This document shows, piece after piece, positions 20,135 through 29,761 of a DNA stretch of 64,000 nt. The position numbers and the translations under genes were made by a program. The notes under the pieces were generated by a model. That model saw only the letters and a list, made by a program, of their open reading frames with translations. It was not told where the DNA came from and ran no database searches. Origin of the DNA: Bacteriovoracaceae bacterium (GTDB taxonomy: Bacteria; Bdellovibrionota; Bacteriovoracia; Bacteriovoracales; Bacteriovoracaceae); NCBI GenBank assembly GCA_048270185.1, contig JBLWTJ010000001.1, forward strand, positions 960,001 to 1,024,000, in the 5' to 3' direction. Positions within the stretch are counted from its first letter, which is position 1, and every line of letters begins with the position of its first letter.

Positions 20135-23100
20135 TTAATTTGCAATTAATCCTTTGATCGCTTCAGCACAACTACTTGTTCTCTTTAAACGTGGAAGTCC
20201 AGAGTAATTAGGGTTAACTGTCGCACGATTAATCTCACCTTGCTTTGCCGACTCTATTCTTAGCTCTTGAAATTCTAATGCTTCATCATAGATTGGTCCA
20301 GTATAAGCACGACCTTCTGAAGTAATAGCAGAGTTCTTTCCACGAGGAGAGACAGCACTTCCCCAGTTATGAAAGATTGGATTAATTTTTAATTGATCCT
20401 TTAGAGGTCGATAGAATCTCGTTTGTGTGTAATTTTGTACATTTGAAATTGCTTCACCTGCCATTGGACGATATTCACGCATCTCAAGTCCTAGGTCACT
20501 TGTCATCTTTTCAAGATCTTCAAATAACTTCTTTGGATTTCTCATATACTCTTCATGGGTTACACTTTGTAGCTCACCTGAGATTTCATCGGTACGATTT
20601 AATGCCTTATCTAGAATTGCACGGAATAACTTCATTTGAAGAGCACTCTCATAAGCATCACGAGGAGCATTCATGAGCCTTACTTCACCCTTTCTAATTT
20701 TTGGATTCACTCTAAATGCTGGTCTCCATTCTACCTTTGGATTTGAGATATCAAAGTCATCACTAATGAATTGTTCTGGAATAACATCTTGGAAGTAAGC
20801 CGAGACATCAAGGTGTGTATAACGGGCCTTACGTCCTACTCGCTTATTAAAATAGCCTTCATTATAAAGTGCCTTCTTAAGCTCAGTTTCAGTTCCCGTC
20901 CAATTAGCAAGTTGTCTTGCAAAGTCTTCGCTAATATTGACCGCTTCAGCACTTTTGACACGATTTAGGTCTTGAAACATAAAGGCAATCACTGAACGAT
21001 ACTCGTGAAAAGTTGCCAGAAAGCGTGCAAACTCTGTTGGCTTACCTTCAAATATTGAAAGATCGATATTTAAGTGACCACCACCGGCCTTAATATAAGG
21101 TAGGGCATTATTCTTTTGAAATGTATCAAAGACGGCCTGCATCTCACTCATATTTGGTTCAAACTTAGGTGTGACAACTTCGATTGAACCAGCACGAACT
21201 GACTCAACAATAACATCACCACTTGGTGTATAGTTACGTCCGATACCATCCCATTCAACTCGCCATGAGCGATTCTTTGAATCTTTAATCTTATAGGCAA
21301 TATCAAGGCCGTGACCATGGCCATCTTCCATTAGGCGTTCTGGCTCACCTTCACCACCAAGCTTATCTCTTAAGTCTGCGGCAAGCTTTTTAATATAGGC
21401 TTCCTTTTCATCAACTGGCATATCAACTCGTGACTGAAGCCATGACATTTTTCCATCTATTAGCCTTTCTGTTGTATAAGTTCCATCTGCTTCTTGGGCC
21501 ATTGTGTAATCCCCTTGAAACTTTAATGGAAATTTTGCTGAGTACTCGATCCCAAGGTCAATCTTATTAACATCGTGGAGCATATTTGTCCCAGGCTTAA
21601 ATTTGTGAAAGTTTTCAGTGTCTGCAAATTTTCTAACAGGCATCATATACTTCTTCACATCTTCGGCGATATGAGAGCTGGCAACCCAATCTCTTTGTAG
21701 AGCGATGACAGCTCGTTGAAGTGACTTCGGATTTGTCTGTCTAAGACTTGCAACATCTTCAAGGTAATTCTTTGTTAAATCTTTTAAAAGCAGACTCTTT
21801 GTCTTTCCAATCATCGGATTAGCATCATACCAATTCCAAAGAGGAACATGGTAGCCATCGATTCCGGCCTTATTAAGTTTTTCAGCGGCCTTCTTAGCTT
21901 TTGCTTTGGTTAGGCCAAATCTCTCCTGCAAACCTTCTGGAGTAATATATCTTGTGATATCATCATCAATAAGTGACCAATCATTTACTTTAGCAAGTCC
22001 TTCAAAATCACCACGAGAAAAACGTGAGGCCATTGAAGTTTGAATAAAACGCGCAACACGAGAGTTCTTTGTCCCTGAGCGAAACTCAATGGAAATGGAG
22101 TCATTCATAAATCGTCCTTCGTAGTCAATTCTTAAAGGACCACGATCACTCTCTTCGCCATTTACAATCCCTTCAAAGATCTGCCAATCATCAAGGACCC
22201 ACTTATAGTCGGCCGTCTCAATACCTGATCGACCTGCAATCCCCTCAAGAACAATTAACGCTTGGGCGGCTTTTGTCATCTCAGCAGCTTTAGGTAGGTT
22301 GAATTTTTCACCAACAGGAACAACCATACGCTGGTGACCTGGTGCTTGGAATAACTCACCTCCACGGCCCATCGTCTTTTTAAACCATGCAATCATCTCT
22401 TGAAATTCACCGTAAGTTTTTTGAGGAGCAAACTTAACTTCCCATCCAACTGATGTGCTTTCAATTTCTTCCATATACTTTTCAGGGGCACCAATATTTG
22501 GAACCATTCGGTAAAAGTCTGTCGACTCTTCTGTCAGAGTTGAGAACTCTCCTTTATAGAATTTTCTTCTTGTATTTGGAGTTAGGTAACTAAAAGGACT
22601 ATTATTTGTTTTTGAACACCACTCACTCCATTTTGTTTCAAGTTCTTCAAGTGTTGCACTAGCTGGATCAAAACCTTCAAGGAAGCTAATATCCATGGCC
22701 TTATTCTTACCCTGCCAATCAAATAATTCGTGGGCAGGATCAAAGCGATTTCCCTCACTATCAATCCATACTCGAAGAGATGAGCCACCTTTTGAATTTG
22801 TCCATCCTTCAAAGAAATCTTTTAAGAAAACTTTCTTCTCGTCTTCATCAAGATACTCAATGGCATCTTCAAAAGTTGAAGCATCAGGTCCAAAGATTCG
22901 TGTGACATAAGAAGATGAACCTTCTTTCTCACCACCCCAAGTAATGGAGCGTCTTCCTGAGCCTAAGACTTGGGTGGCCTTGGCATTAAAGCCAACGGAA
23001 GCTTCCATCATTTCGCCCCAAACTTCATAAGCTGTCTTTGGAGGTGTCGAAGCAGGAAGCCTAAAATCAATATTGAGATCAGGAAAGTCATGATTTACAA

Positions 23101-23173
23101 AGTAGACCTGCGGAAAGACCCCAAGAAGAAGTGAAAGGATGAGAATTAAAGATGGCCGCTTAAAAAAATTCAT
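20135..23173 (-). CDS. exported protein with putative tandem amidoligase (COOH-NH2 ligase) domains
   Basis: C-half GIEY..IEVVTP..GGGHLNID..RY..LD..EVR; N-half WEVK..PGHQR..IEFR; N-terminal signal/anchor. Confidence 0.55.
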   Translation of the reverse strand: MNFFKRPSLILILSLLLGVFPQVYFVNHDFPDLNIDFRLPASTPPKTAYEVWGEMMEASVGFNAKATQVLGSGRRSITWGGEKEGSSSYVTRIFGPDASTFEDAIEYLDEDEKKVFLKDFFEGWTNSKGGSSLRVWIDSEGNRFDPAHELFDWQGKNKAMDISFLEGFDPASATLEELETKWSEWCSKTNNSPFSYLTPNTRRKFYKGEFSTLTEESTDFYRMVPNIGAPEKYMEEIESTSVGWEVKFAPQKTYGEFQEMIAWFKKTMGRGGELFQAPGHQRMVVPVGEKFNLPKAAEMTKAAQALIVLEGIAGRSGIETADYKWVLDDWQIFEGIVNGEESDRGPLRIDYEGRFMNDSISIEFRSGTKNSRVARFIQTSMASRFSRGDFEGLAKVNDWSLIDDDITRYITPEGLQERFGLTKAKAKKAAEKLNKAGIDGYHVPLWNWYDANPMIGKTKSLLLKDLTKNYLEDVASLRQTNPKSLQRAVIALQRDWVASSHIAEDVKKYMMPVRKFADTENFHKFKPGTNMLHDVNKIDLGIEYSAKFPLKFQGDYTMAQEADGTYTTERLIDGKMSWLQSRVDMPVDEKEAYIKKLAADLRDKLGGEGEPERLMEDGHGHGLDIAYKIKDSKNRSWRVEWDGIGRNYTPSGDVIVESVRAGSIEVVTPKFEPNMSEMQAVFDTFQKNNALPYIKAGGGHLNIDLSIFEGKPTEFARFLATFHEYRSVIAFMFQDLNRVKSAEAVNISEDFARQLANWTGTETELKKALYNEGYFNKRVGRKARYTHLDVSAYFQDVIPEQFISDDFDISNPKVEWRPAFRVNPKIRKGEVRLMNAPRDAYESALQMKLFRAILDKALNRTDEISGELQSVTHEEYMRNPKKLFEDLEKMTSDLGLEMREYRPMAGEAISNVQNYTQTRFYRPLKDQLKINPIFHNWGSAVSPRGKNSAITSEGRAYTGPIYDEALEFQELRIESAKQGEINRATVNPNYSGLPRLKRTSSCAEAIKGLIAN

Positions 23174-23211
23174 ATGAATTTCCCCAATTAAATTAATAAA
23201 TATTCAAAATC

Positions 23212-23238
23212 TCATCGGTTTTCACTCATAATTCTTGA
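23212..23238 (-). promoter_or_regulatory. sigma28 (FliA)-type promoter
   Basis: Minus strand TCAAG-N14-ACCGATGA, upstream of the 1012-aa gene. Confidence 0.6.
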
Positions 23239-23280
23239 CTAAAACACTTTAAAAACTAGTAATTTCAAATAGTTGGTGAT

Positions 23281-23316
23281 TTGCTTATACGAGATTAACT
23301 CGTCTATAATGGCCCG
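23281..23316 (+). promoter_or_regulatory. sigma70 promoter TTGCTT-N18-TATAAT, leaderless-type
   Basis: ATG 6 nt after the -10 box. Confidence 0.6.
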
Positions 23317-23427
23317 ATGAAAAATAAGCGCCCATTAAACTACACAAGAATTGCCTTTAAATTCGCCCTCTTAATCCTATCCATCTATATCTGGTTTGCG
23401 ATCTATCAAGGGATGACAGGTAAATGA
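23317..23427 (+). CDS. unannotated 36-aa single-TM small protein
   Basis: MKNKRPLNYTRIAFKFALLILSIYIWFAIYQGMTGK; stop overlaps the next start (ATGA). Confidence 0.6.
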   Translation: MKNKRPLNYTRIAFKFALLILSIYIWFAIYQGMTGK

Positions 23428-24086
23428 AAATAGTAATGACACTACTCTTTTCATCTTTGATTTTTGCAATTAACCCAGGCCACTGCCTGACGGATTATTC
23501 TTCAAAGCGCTATATTCAAAATGATTTCTCGGCCCCTTACCCAAAGGAAGTCATCTTTTCGTGTAAGTATGAATGTGAGAACTTTGATGGAGTTAAATCT
23601 CAGATGACGGGCATAAGTACTATCGTCGTCAATTCACTAAGGGACGATGCCTACCGAGTCGTTTGCCAAGGAGTCAAAGTAAAGAAGACTTCGTGGGGTT
23701 ATGACTACGACAGTACAAATGAGTTCTATGCCCATGACACAAGAATCCCAGAAGTTAAAGAATGGGCCAATGATGAATTACCAATTTATAATTTAATCTC
23801 AGAAAAATATCTTAAAGAATTTGCTTCAAAGATAAGTAACGTTGCTCAAAGCTATCTTATGGCAGCTCAATCGCAATCTCCTTATGCTAAAGACTTTGAA
23901 AAGGCCGGACAAGTTTTAGAGAGAATCTCTAAAGAGCTTCCAGCTAATAAGAAAACTTTTGAAGAGTATCGATTAGTTTTAGAAGATTTAAATGCACAAA
24001 CAGGAAAGGACTTAACAGCACAGAAGTTAATCCTAGACCAAATTCTCTACGGAGCACCTTGGTCGCTTTCTGTGCTGTTAAAATAG
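23424..24086 (+). CDS. hypothetical secreted protein (4 Cys)
   Basis: Signal-peptide-like N-terminus; C.Y.C motif. Confidence 0.7.
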   Translation: MKIVMTLLFSSLIFAINPGHCLTDYSSKRYIQNDFSAPYPKEVIFSCKYECENFDGVKSQMTGISTIVVNSLRDDAYRVVCQGVKVKKTSWGYDYDSTNEFYAHDTRIPEVKEWANDELPIYNLISEKYLKEFASKISNVAQSYLMAAQSQSPYAKDFEKAGQVLERISKELPANKKTFEEYRLVLEDLNAQTGKDLTAQKLILDQILYGAPWSLSVLLK

Positions 24087-24088
24087 AC

Positions 24089-24835
24089 CTAGTCGCGACT
24101 TCTAAGTTTAGATAGAAGTCTTAGCATTTCAATATATAGCCATACCAATGTCACCATTAGGCCAAAGGCACTATACCATTCCATATACTTTGGAGCACCT
24201 GACTGTACACCTCTTTCCACGAAGTCAAAATCAAGGATTAAGTTAAAAGCCGCAATACAAACAACCACTAAACTAAAACCTATCCCAACAGGACCATTCC
24301 CATGAATAAGAGGAATCTGAGCTCCAAAGAAGCTCATGATAAAACCAACTAAGTAAACAACGGCAATAGAAATCGTTGCAGTTATAATAATCTTTCTAAA
24401 AGTACCCGTCGCACGAATAAGGCCCCAGCGGTATAAGAAGAATAAAGTAATGAAAGCAGCAAAAGTCATTGTCACAGCATTAAAAACAAGACCCTTAAAC
24501 TGATACTCATACATGGCAGATATTGAACCAAGAAGTAAACCTTCAAGTAAGGCATAGATTGGGGCCGTTACAGGTGACCACTGAGGCTTAAATGCCGTGA
24601 TAATAGCAAAGATAAAGCCACCAATTCCGCCGATCATAGGCCATGCTGACATTTGATTCATCATACCACTCTCTAAAACCCCAAGAGTTGCATTCCATGT
24701 ATAGATGAACGTCATCATCATAAGTGCAAAGAGAATCATCCCTTTGTTGAAAACTCCTGCAAAACTCATTCGTTCAGCAGTCATTGATTGAGTATTAAAA
24801 ATGTCTTTTCCCAAGACAGGATTAGAAGATCGCAT
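24089..24835 (-). CDS. Bax inhibitor-1/YccA-family membrane protein
   Basis: MRSSNP, LILDFD, APKYMEWY.AFGLMVTLVWLYIEMLRLL. Confidence 0.9.
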   Translation of the reverse strand: MRSSNPVLGKDIFNTQSMTAERMSFAGVFNKGMILFALMMMTFIYTWNATLGVLESGMMNQMSAWPMIGGIGGFIFAIITAFKPQWSPVTAPIYALLEGLLLGSISAMYEYQFKGLVFNAVTMTFAAFITLFFLYRWGLIRATGTFRKIIITATISIAVVYLVGFIMSFFGAQIPLIHGNGPVGIGFSLVVVCIAAFNLILDFDFVERGVQSGAPKYMEWYSAFGLMVTLVWLYIEMLRLLSKLRSRD

Positions 24836-24877
24836 ATAAACTCCGTTTTATGTTTTCTTCTATTCTAGCAAATAACT

Positions 24878-26209
24878 CTAAGAAAGTAGTGATTTTTTAA
24901 AATTTAACGTGAATTGTGTACCATGATTATCAGGATTATCTTCTTTTGTTCGAGAAGTAACGGCTATCGTTCCATGACATAGTTCCACAAAGCTTTTGAC
25001 GATGGCCATTCCAAATCCAGTCCCTTTCTCACCTTCAGTTCCGGTACGAGATGAATAGTAATTACTATCGAAAAGTAAATTGGCAAGTTTCTCATCCATC
25101 CCAATTCCTTCATCAACGAGATGGATTTGAACACCTTCTTTAGTTTCTCTAGCCTCAATTTTTATCGTTCGTCCATGGTCAGAGAATTTAATGGCATTTG
25201 ACAGTAAATTCCCAAAGATTTGATACTGGAGGGCCGTGAGATTCCCCATAAAATAGATATCTTTATTTAATTCAAAATCGTACTCGAGACTTATTTCTTT
25301 AATAGTAAGGTTTGGTTCAAAGAAACGTGATAGATGTTCAACTACTTCATTTAAATAAATTTTTTCAAAACTTAGTTCAACTTTTCCTTGCTTGATGGCC
25401 TGGATCTCACGAATTTGCTTTAGGATATTACTCATCCCCTCAGTATTAACCTCAAGACGTTTTAAAGCTTTACTAACTCTCTCATCTTCGTGATCTTTTA
25501 ATATCTTTTTAAGTTTGTGAGTTGATAGATTAACAATAGTTAATGGGTTACTAATATCGTGACCTACGAGAGTTAAAAGTGCATCGATTTGCTCTCTTTT
25601 TTGAACAATAGTTTTATAGAAATTTTCACGATCAATAATATAGGCCAGCATGAAGACTGAGTTTAATATAATCAATCCAACCATAATAAAGATCTTACCT
25701 AAAGCGTAGCCATCACTCGAGATCTCTACAGGAAATCTAATCCCCATTTGATACGTGATATAGAAGAAAGCGGCACCGATAATTGATGTCGAGAACCAAA
25801 TTAATAATTCTTTCTTTCCCCCAACAACCCCAGCAATAAGAGGTAGAACTGCAAACCAAAGAGCGATATATCCTTCAAAGCCACCAGTATAAACTCCCCA
25901 AGTAAATTGGTGAATAAAGCCTGCCGCGAGAAAAACATTTAAACTTAAAGAAATTGATCCAAAGAAGTAATAAAGGAGCAAGCTTGACAGATGAATGATC
26001 GACATAGAAAAGGCAATCGTATGCCAAAGAGTATTAGTACTATAAAGATATGGAGTAATTGCATAACACCACATCAGAATACCAGTTAAGAAAACGACAA
26101 AGACAAGTAAGGCCAATTGTGATCTTTCATGTTCATCTCTACACTCATGTCGCTTAGAGAGAAAATTCAGAATGTCATTGTAGAATTTCATATTTATTGT
26201 TTTTATCAT
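24878..26209 (-). CDS. membrane sensor histidine kinase
   Basis: Multi-TM N-terminus; GHDISNPL, NLLSNAIKFS, DEGIG, GTGFGM. Confidence 0.92.
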   Translation of the reverse strand: MIKTINMKFYNDILNFLSKRHECRDEHERSQLALLVFVVFLTGILMWCYAITPYLYSTNTLWHTIAFSMSIIHLSSLLLYYFFGSISLSLNVFLAAGFIHQFTWGVYTGGFEGYIALWFAVLPLIAGVVGGKKELLIWFSTSIIGAAFFYITYQMGIRFPVEISSDGYALGKIFIMVGLIILNSVFMLAYIIDRENFYKTIVQKREQIDALLTLVGHDISNPLTIVNLSTHKLKKILKDHEDERVSKALKRLEVNTEGMSNILKQIREIQAIKQGKVELSFEKIYLNEVVEHLSRFFEPNLTIKEISLEYDFELNKDIYFMGNLTALQYQIFGNLLSNAIKFSDHGRTIKIEARETKEGVQIHLVDEGIGMDEKLANLLFDSNYYSSRTGTEGEKGTGFGMAIVKSFVELCHGTIAVTSRTKEDNPDNHGTQFTLNFKKSLLS

Positions 26210-26349
26210 AATCCAAACTTTTCATTGAGGCACTTTTTTGGCCAAGTGATAAGAGTGCTAAATTATTATACTCTTATTGTTATTTTTTAATCTTTAAGTT
26301 ACTAAGACTTGGAAGATTTTTTAAAATTAGCCAGTTTTTAGAGGCATAT

Positions 26350-27816
26350 TTAGAATTGTATACTTGCCGAAATTTCATAAAGTGGCATATATTCGACACC
26401 TTGCCTTCTTAGCTCTCGATCAACTTTAATTAGTTCATTTTTAAACTTAACGGCGGCTTCGAGATGCGATTTCTTCGTAAACTTATAATCAGCATCAATT
26501 AGTCTAGTCACTGTTGTTGGAGAAAAAAATAGATTATCGGCCATCGAATACTTCATTTGATCAACGGCATTGACCAACTTCTTACGACTTATCATCTTAT
26601 CACCTTTAGTAGGTGGAGCTTGTCTTAACCTAAGGGGAACTTGCCTCTTATCTAGAATTCCATAATTATAATGATCAGTTGCATGAGCTACTGTTACAGT
26701 AAATAGATAAGTCGTTACAGCACGAAAGAGATTATCTCCTTCAAAAATTGTTTCACTTGAAGGAAAATTATTAACGTGTTGATGACAGTAATCTGCCCAC
26801 TTACTAATCCAGAAATCACCTTTCTTTATATCGCTAAGGACATGTGAGACAAATCCATATACAACACTATAATAACTCTGTAGATAGACTCCGTATGGTC
26901 CTTCACATGATGGAGCGGTCATTGAATATGAGAATGGTGGATAAGAATAATTTCCTTTAATACCTTTATAGCCTTCAACCAAGAGATCACGTAACCCCTC
27001 AGGTCCACCGGGATACGGAGCATATGTCATCCACCACTTTTCCTGCAAGAGTGATGACTTATAATTTAAAACAGCATTTTCCAAGGGAAGAGTAAATCTT
27101 AAATGTGGCGAAAGTAATTTAAATAGAATGTGTTCTCGCGGTAGAGAGGTTTTTGTAATTGCGTTTATTGAATCAAATGGAAAGTGTAATAAAGGATGAA
27201 TTACGAGAGTTGCACATAGGGCACCACCTTGTAAGACAAAGTACTTTGCAAGCTCCCATGCTGATGTTTCTTCTGAAATATCAAATACAGTCTGTGTTTT
27301 CTTTATATAGATTGCTTGAACTTTAAAACGCTCACCTTCTTTGTATAACAGTGTCTTTGTAGCGCTAACATAGATTCCTTTCAGGGGTTCGACAACATCC
27401 ACTGCAGAAAGATCCACAATGAACCATTCTTTTTCTAGTTCTTTGTAATCCACGAAATTTTGCCAATCTTCATCATCGAGCTTATTAGTTAAGAACTTAC
27501 TCATCATCGAAGTATTGAGTAACTCCTCAAACTCAGTATTAGTTACTTCTTTTAATCCGGGATAGATCAAAGCTTTGAGAAAATATGGCAGAGATAGTAA
27601 TAATGTTACTAAGTAACGAGACCCAATCCAAATCCACCAATCAATTGTTTCCCTTAGTGGAATATGAATGACAGCAGGAGACTCTCCCCAGGGGTGAATT
27701 GGAGAAGGTTGAGGCCATGGCCCTTTCCTCGAATACATAAAGTCTTTGGGAGAATAAAGATGCTGAGCTGAAGTTGCACTATTTTCTTTTTCTCTAATCT
27801 CTTCTTTAACTTTCAT
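26350..27816 (-). CDS. lipoxygenase-like protein (catalytic domain only)
   Basis: WELAK; HPLLH...LPREHILFKLLSPHLRFT; AHATDH; C-terminal ISASIQF. Confidence 0.7.
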   Translation of the reverse strand: MKVKEEIREKENSATSAQHLYSPKDFMYSRKGPWPQPSPIHPWGESPAVIHIPLRETIDWWIWIGSRYLVTLLLSLPYFLKALIYPGLKEVTNTEFEELLNTSMMSKFLTNKLDDEDWQNFVDYKELEKEWFIVDLSAVDVVEPLKGIYVSATKTLLYKEGERFKVQAIYIKKTQTVFDISEETSAWELAKYFVLQGGALCATLVIHPLLHFPFDSINAITKTSLPREHILFKLLSPHLRFTLPLENAVLNYKSSLLQEKWWMTYAPYPGGPEGLRDLLVEGYKGIKGNYSYPPFSYSMTAPSCEGPYGVYLQSYYSVVYGFVSHVLSDIKKGDFWISKWADYCHQHVNNFPSSETIFEGDNLFRAVTTYLFTVTVAHATDHYNYGILDKRQVPLRLRQAPPTKGDKMISRKKLVNAVDQMKYSMADNLFFSPTTVTRLIDADYKFTKKSHLEAAVKFKNELIKVDRELRRQGVEYMPLYEISASIQF

Positions 27817-27843
27817 CGACTTCCTTTTCGACTATACTTAAAT

Positions 27844-28410
27844 TTAATCTATGATAACGCCAAAGGGTGTTAGTAATTCTAGAACTTCAGGAATACTAAA
27901 GCGACAACCATTAACATTAGTACTTGTAACATCAATTTGATAATTGATGGCACCTTTAAAATTTGATGACTTAAAATTTGCTCTATTTAGGATGGCATTT
28001 AGAAAATTAGAATGAGAGAAGTCACATTCGATAAAGCTACCTTCTGTAAGCACACTACTTCTAAAGCTAGAATTTATAAAGTTTGATTTATTAAGTTTCA
28101 CATTTTCGAATGAAGAGTAATCAAGAATACATTCGTCAAAGTTCAGATCAAAGAGTGTGTTGCACTCAGAAAAATTTACTCCAATACATTTAGAGTTCTT
28201 AAATTTCACATCGCGAAAAGATGCGCTCAATATATTGGTATTACTTAAATTACAGTTTACAAATTCACATTCAATAAATTTAGCGTGACGAAGATCTTTC
28301 TCACTAATATCGATATTCTTAAATTCACAACTAATAAATTCACAACCAGAAAAGGAATCGATGTCTTTAAGATTCTCTATCGTAAAACATTCGTCTTCAA
28401 AATAATTCAT
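27844..28410 (-). CDS. pentapeptide repeat protein
   Basis: Repeated F..C.F/L..S.F units. Confidence 0.9.
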   Translation of the reverse strand: MNYFEDECFTIENLKDIDSFSGCEFISCEFKNIDISEKDLRHAKFIECEFVNCNLSNTNILSASFRDVKFKNSKCIGVNFSECNTLFDLNFDECILDYSSFENVKLNKSNFINSSFRSSVLTEGSFIECDFSHSNFLNAILNRANFKSSNFKGAINYQIDVTSTNVNGCRFSIPEVLELLTPFGVIID

Positions 28411-28449
28411 ATGAATATTGTAAACTGTATTTGTTTTATTCGCTAGTAA

Positions 28450-28866
28450 CTAAATCGAAATTTCTGGTACCTCTGACACAACAGAAATTGGCCTTCTTTC
28501 ATCATCAATTGCCACAAGTGTGAAATTTCCTTTAACAGCGAGAATCTTACCTTCTTCATACATGCCTTCGAGAAAGAGTGATACGTCAATTACTAAGCTG
28601 GTATTACCGACTTTCACGACCTCTCCAATCAGTTCCGCAAAGTGTCCTCCAGGTATTGGCATATTGAAGTCAACTCGATCACTAGAGACTGTTACGAATT
28701 TCTTTCGACCGAAGCGAGTGGCCGTAATAAAGGCTACTTCATCCATCCACTTCAAAGTGTTTCCACCAAATAATGTGTCATAGTGATTTGTGCTGTTAGG
28801 AAAGACGGCCCTAACTACCGTAGTTTTTGCGCTGGCAATAGCAGCACTGTGTACATCAGTACTCAT
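28450..28866 (-). CDS. hotdog-fold acyl-CoA thioesterase (YciA-like)
   Basis: VFP..TNHYDTLFGG..LKWMDEVA, VG.TSL. Confidence 0.92.
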   Translation of the reverse strand: MSTDVHSAAIASAKTTVVRAVFPNSTNHYDTLFGGNTLKWMDEVAFITATRFGRKKFVTVSSDRVDFNMPIPGGHFAELIGEVVKVGNTSLVIDVSLFLEGMYEEGKILAVKGNFTLVAIDDERRPISVVSEVPEISI

Positions 28867-28867
28867 A

Positions 28868-28980
28868 TATTCCTCCTCGGGATAGTGAATTTTGTAATTA
28901 GGGTCGGACTTATTAGCTAAGTAGCTAAAATACCGTTGCGGGACAGTAATGGAATCTCACCATGGTTTCACTAATTACAG
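28868..28980 (-). ncRNA. cobalamin riboswitch (short class II / AdoCbl-variant type)
   Basis: Minus strand: UGUAAUUAG/CUAAUUACA closing helix, GGUGAGAUUCC T-loop, ACUGUCCCGCAACGGU hairpin, AAGUCCGA B12 box, downstream hairpin containing the GAGGAG RBS. Confidence 0.8.
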
Positions 28981-29070
28981 CTCTATCTTATGCATAAAAA
29001 TTTACTTATGGAACAAAAAACATTCATCTTTTGTATTGAGACTGATATTAAGACTAAAAAGGAAGTATTT

Positions 29071-29715
29071 ATGAATAAAGTAACAAAGAAAATTTTAGTA
29101 TTTGGTCTTCTTGCCTACTCTGCAAATACTCTTGCAGTTGAGACAGTTGCAAAGCCTTTTAGTTTTGAATTTGAGACGACTACTGATGAGTATCAATTTG
29201 ATGTATCAATTGAACAAAATTGTCGTTATGAAATTCCAGTTTGGGGAGACTCAGCGAAGTACGATACAAGATTTCAATCGACTCCTCTAAAATTAACTAA
29301 GAAGAAACTTAGAGATGGTAAAGTTCAATACAAGTACTCACTTGATAAGACAGTAAAGCTTGCTGTAACAGGAATGTTTAAGTCAGGAAAAGAATGCACA
29401 ACAGGTCTAAGAATTATTGCTAATAGTAGTAAGTACGCACTTGGTTGGGCCAATCAATTTCATCGTCCAGTTTCATTTACATTCTTAGATGATATGTATG
29501 ACTATGAAGATTATGATGCGACATTCGAACCATCACAAGATAAGAATTTTCAAAAATTTGCAAATAATGAGATTAGCTTTCAATTTAAGAGTTACCCACA
29601 AGGAAATCAAGTCAATGTTTGGATTATGAGTAACGGCAAGAAGATGCCAAGTGCATTTCCGATCGGTGTCTTAAAGAATCCTAAAACCAATCTTCCATAT
29701 CCATTAAAGAAATAA
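29071..29715 (+). CDS. hypothetical secreted protein
   Basis: Start reassigned to MNKVTKK after AAGGA RBS; signal peptide. Confidence 0.7.
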   Translation: MNKVTKKILVFGLLAYSANTLAVETVAKPFSFEFETTTDEYQFDVSIEQNCRYEIPVWGDSAKYDTRFQSTPLKLTKKKLRDGKVQYKYSLDKTVKLAVTGMFKSGKECTTGLRIIANSSKYALGWANQFHRPVSFTFLDDMYDYEDYDATFEPSQDKNFQKFANNEISFQFKSYPQGNQVNVWIMSNGKKMPSAFPIGVLKNPKTNLPYPLKK

Positions 29716-29746
29716 AAAAGGCCCTGATTAACAGGGCCTTATTTTT
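29714..29746. terminator. bidirectional terminator (AAGGCCCTG family)
   Basis: A-run, AAGGCCCTG-attaa-CAGGGCCTT, T-run. Confidence 0.8.
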
Positions 29747-29761
29747 GTATATTTTTTGAAC

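Noticed and set aside
27844..28410. Qnr-type quinolone resistance gene
   Set aside because: Generic pentapeptide repeats; no specific Qnr evidence or mobile context
28868..28980. FMN riboswitch or tRNA
   Set aside because: Shares the GGUGARAUUCC T-loop and AGUCCG but lacks the FMN two-fold architecture and a cloverleaf; ACUGUCCCGCAACGGU fits the cobalamin class
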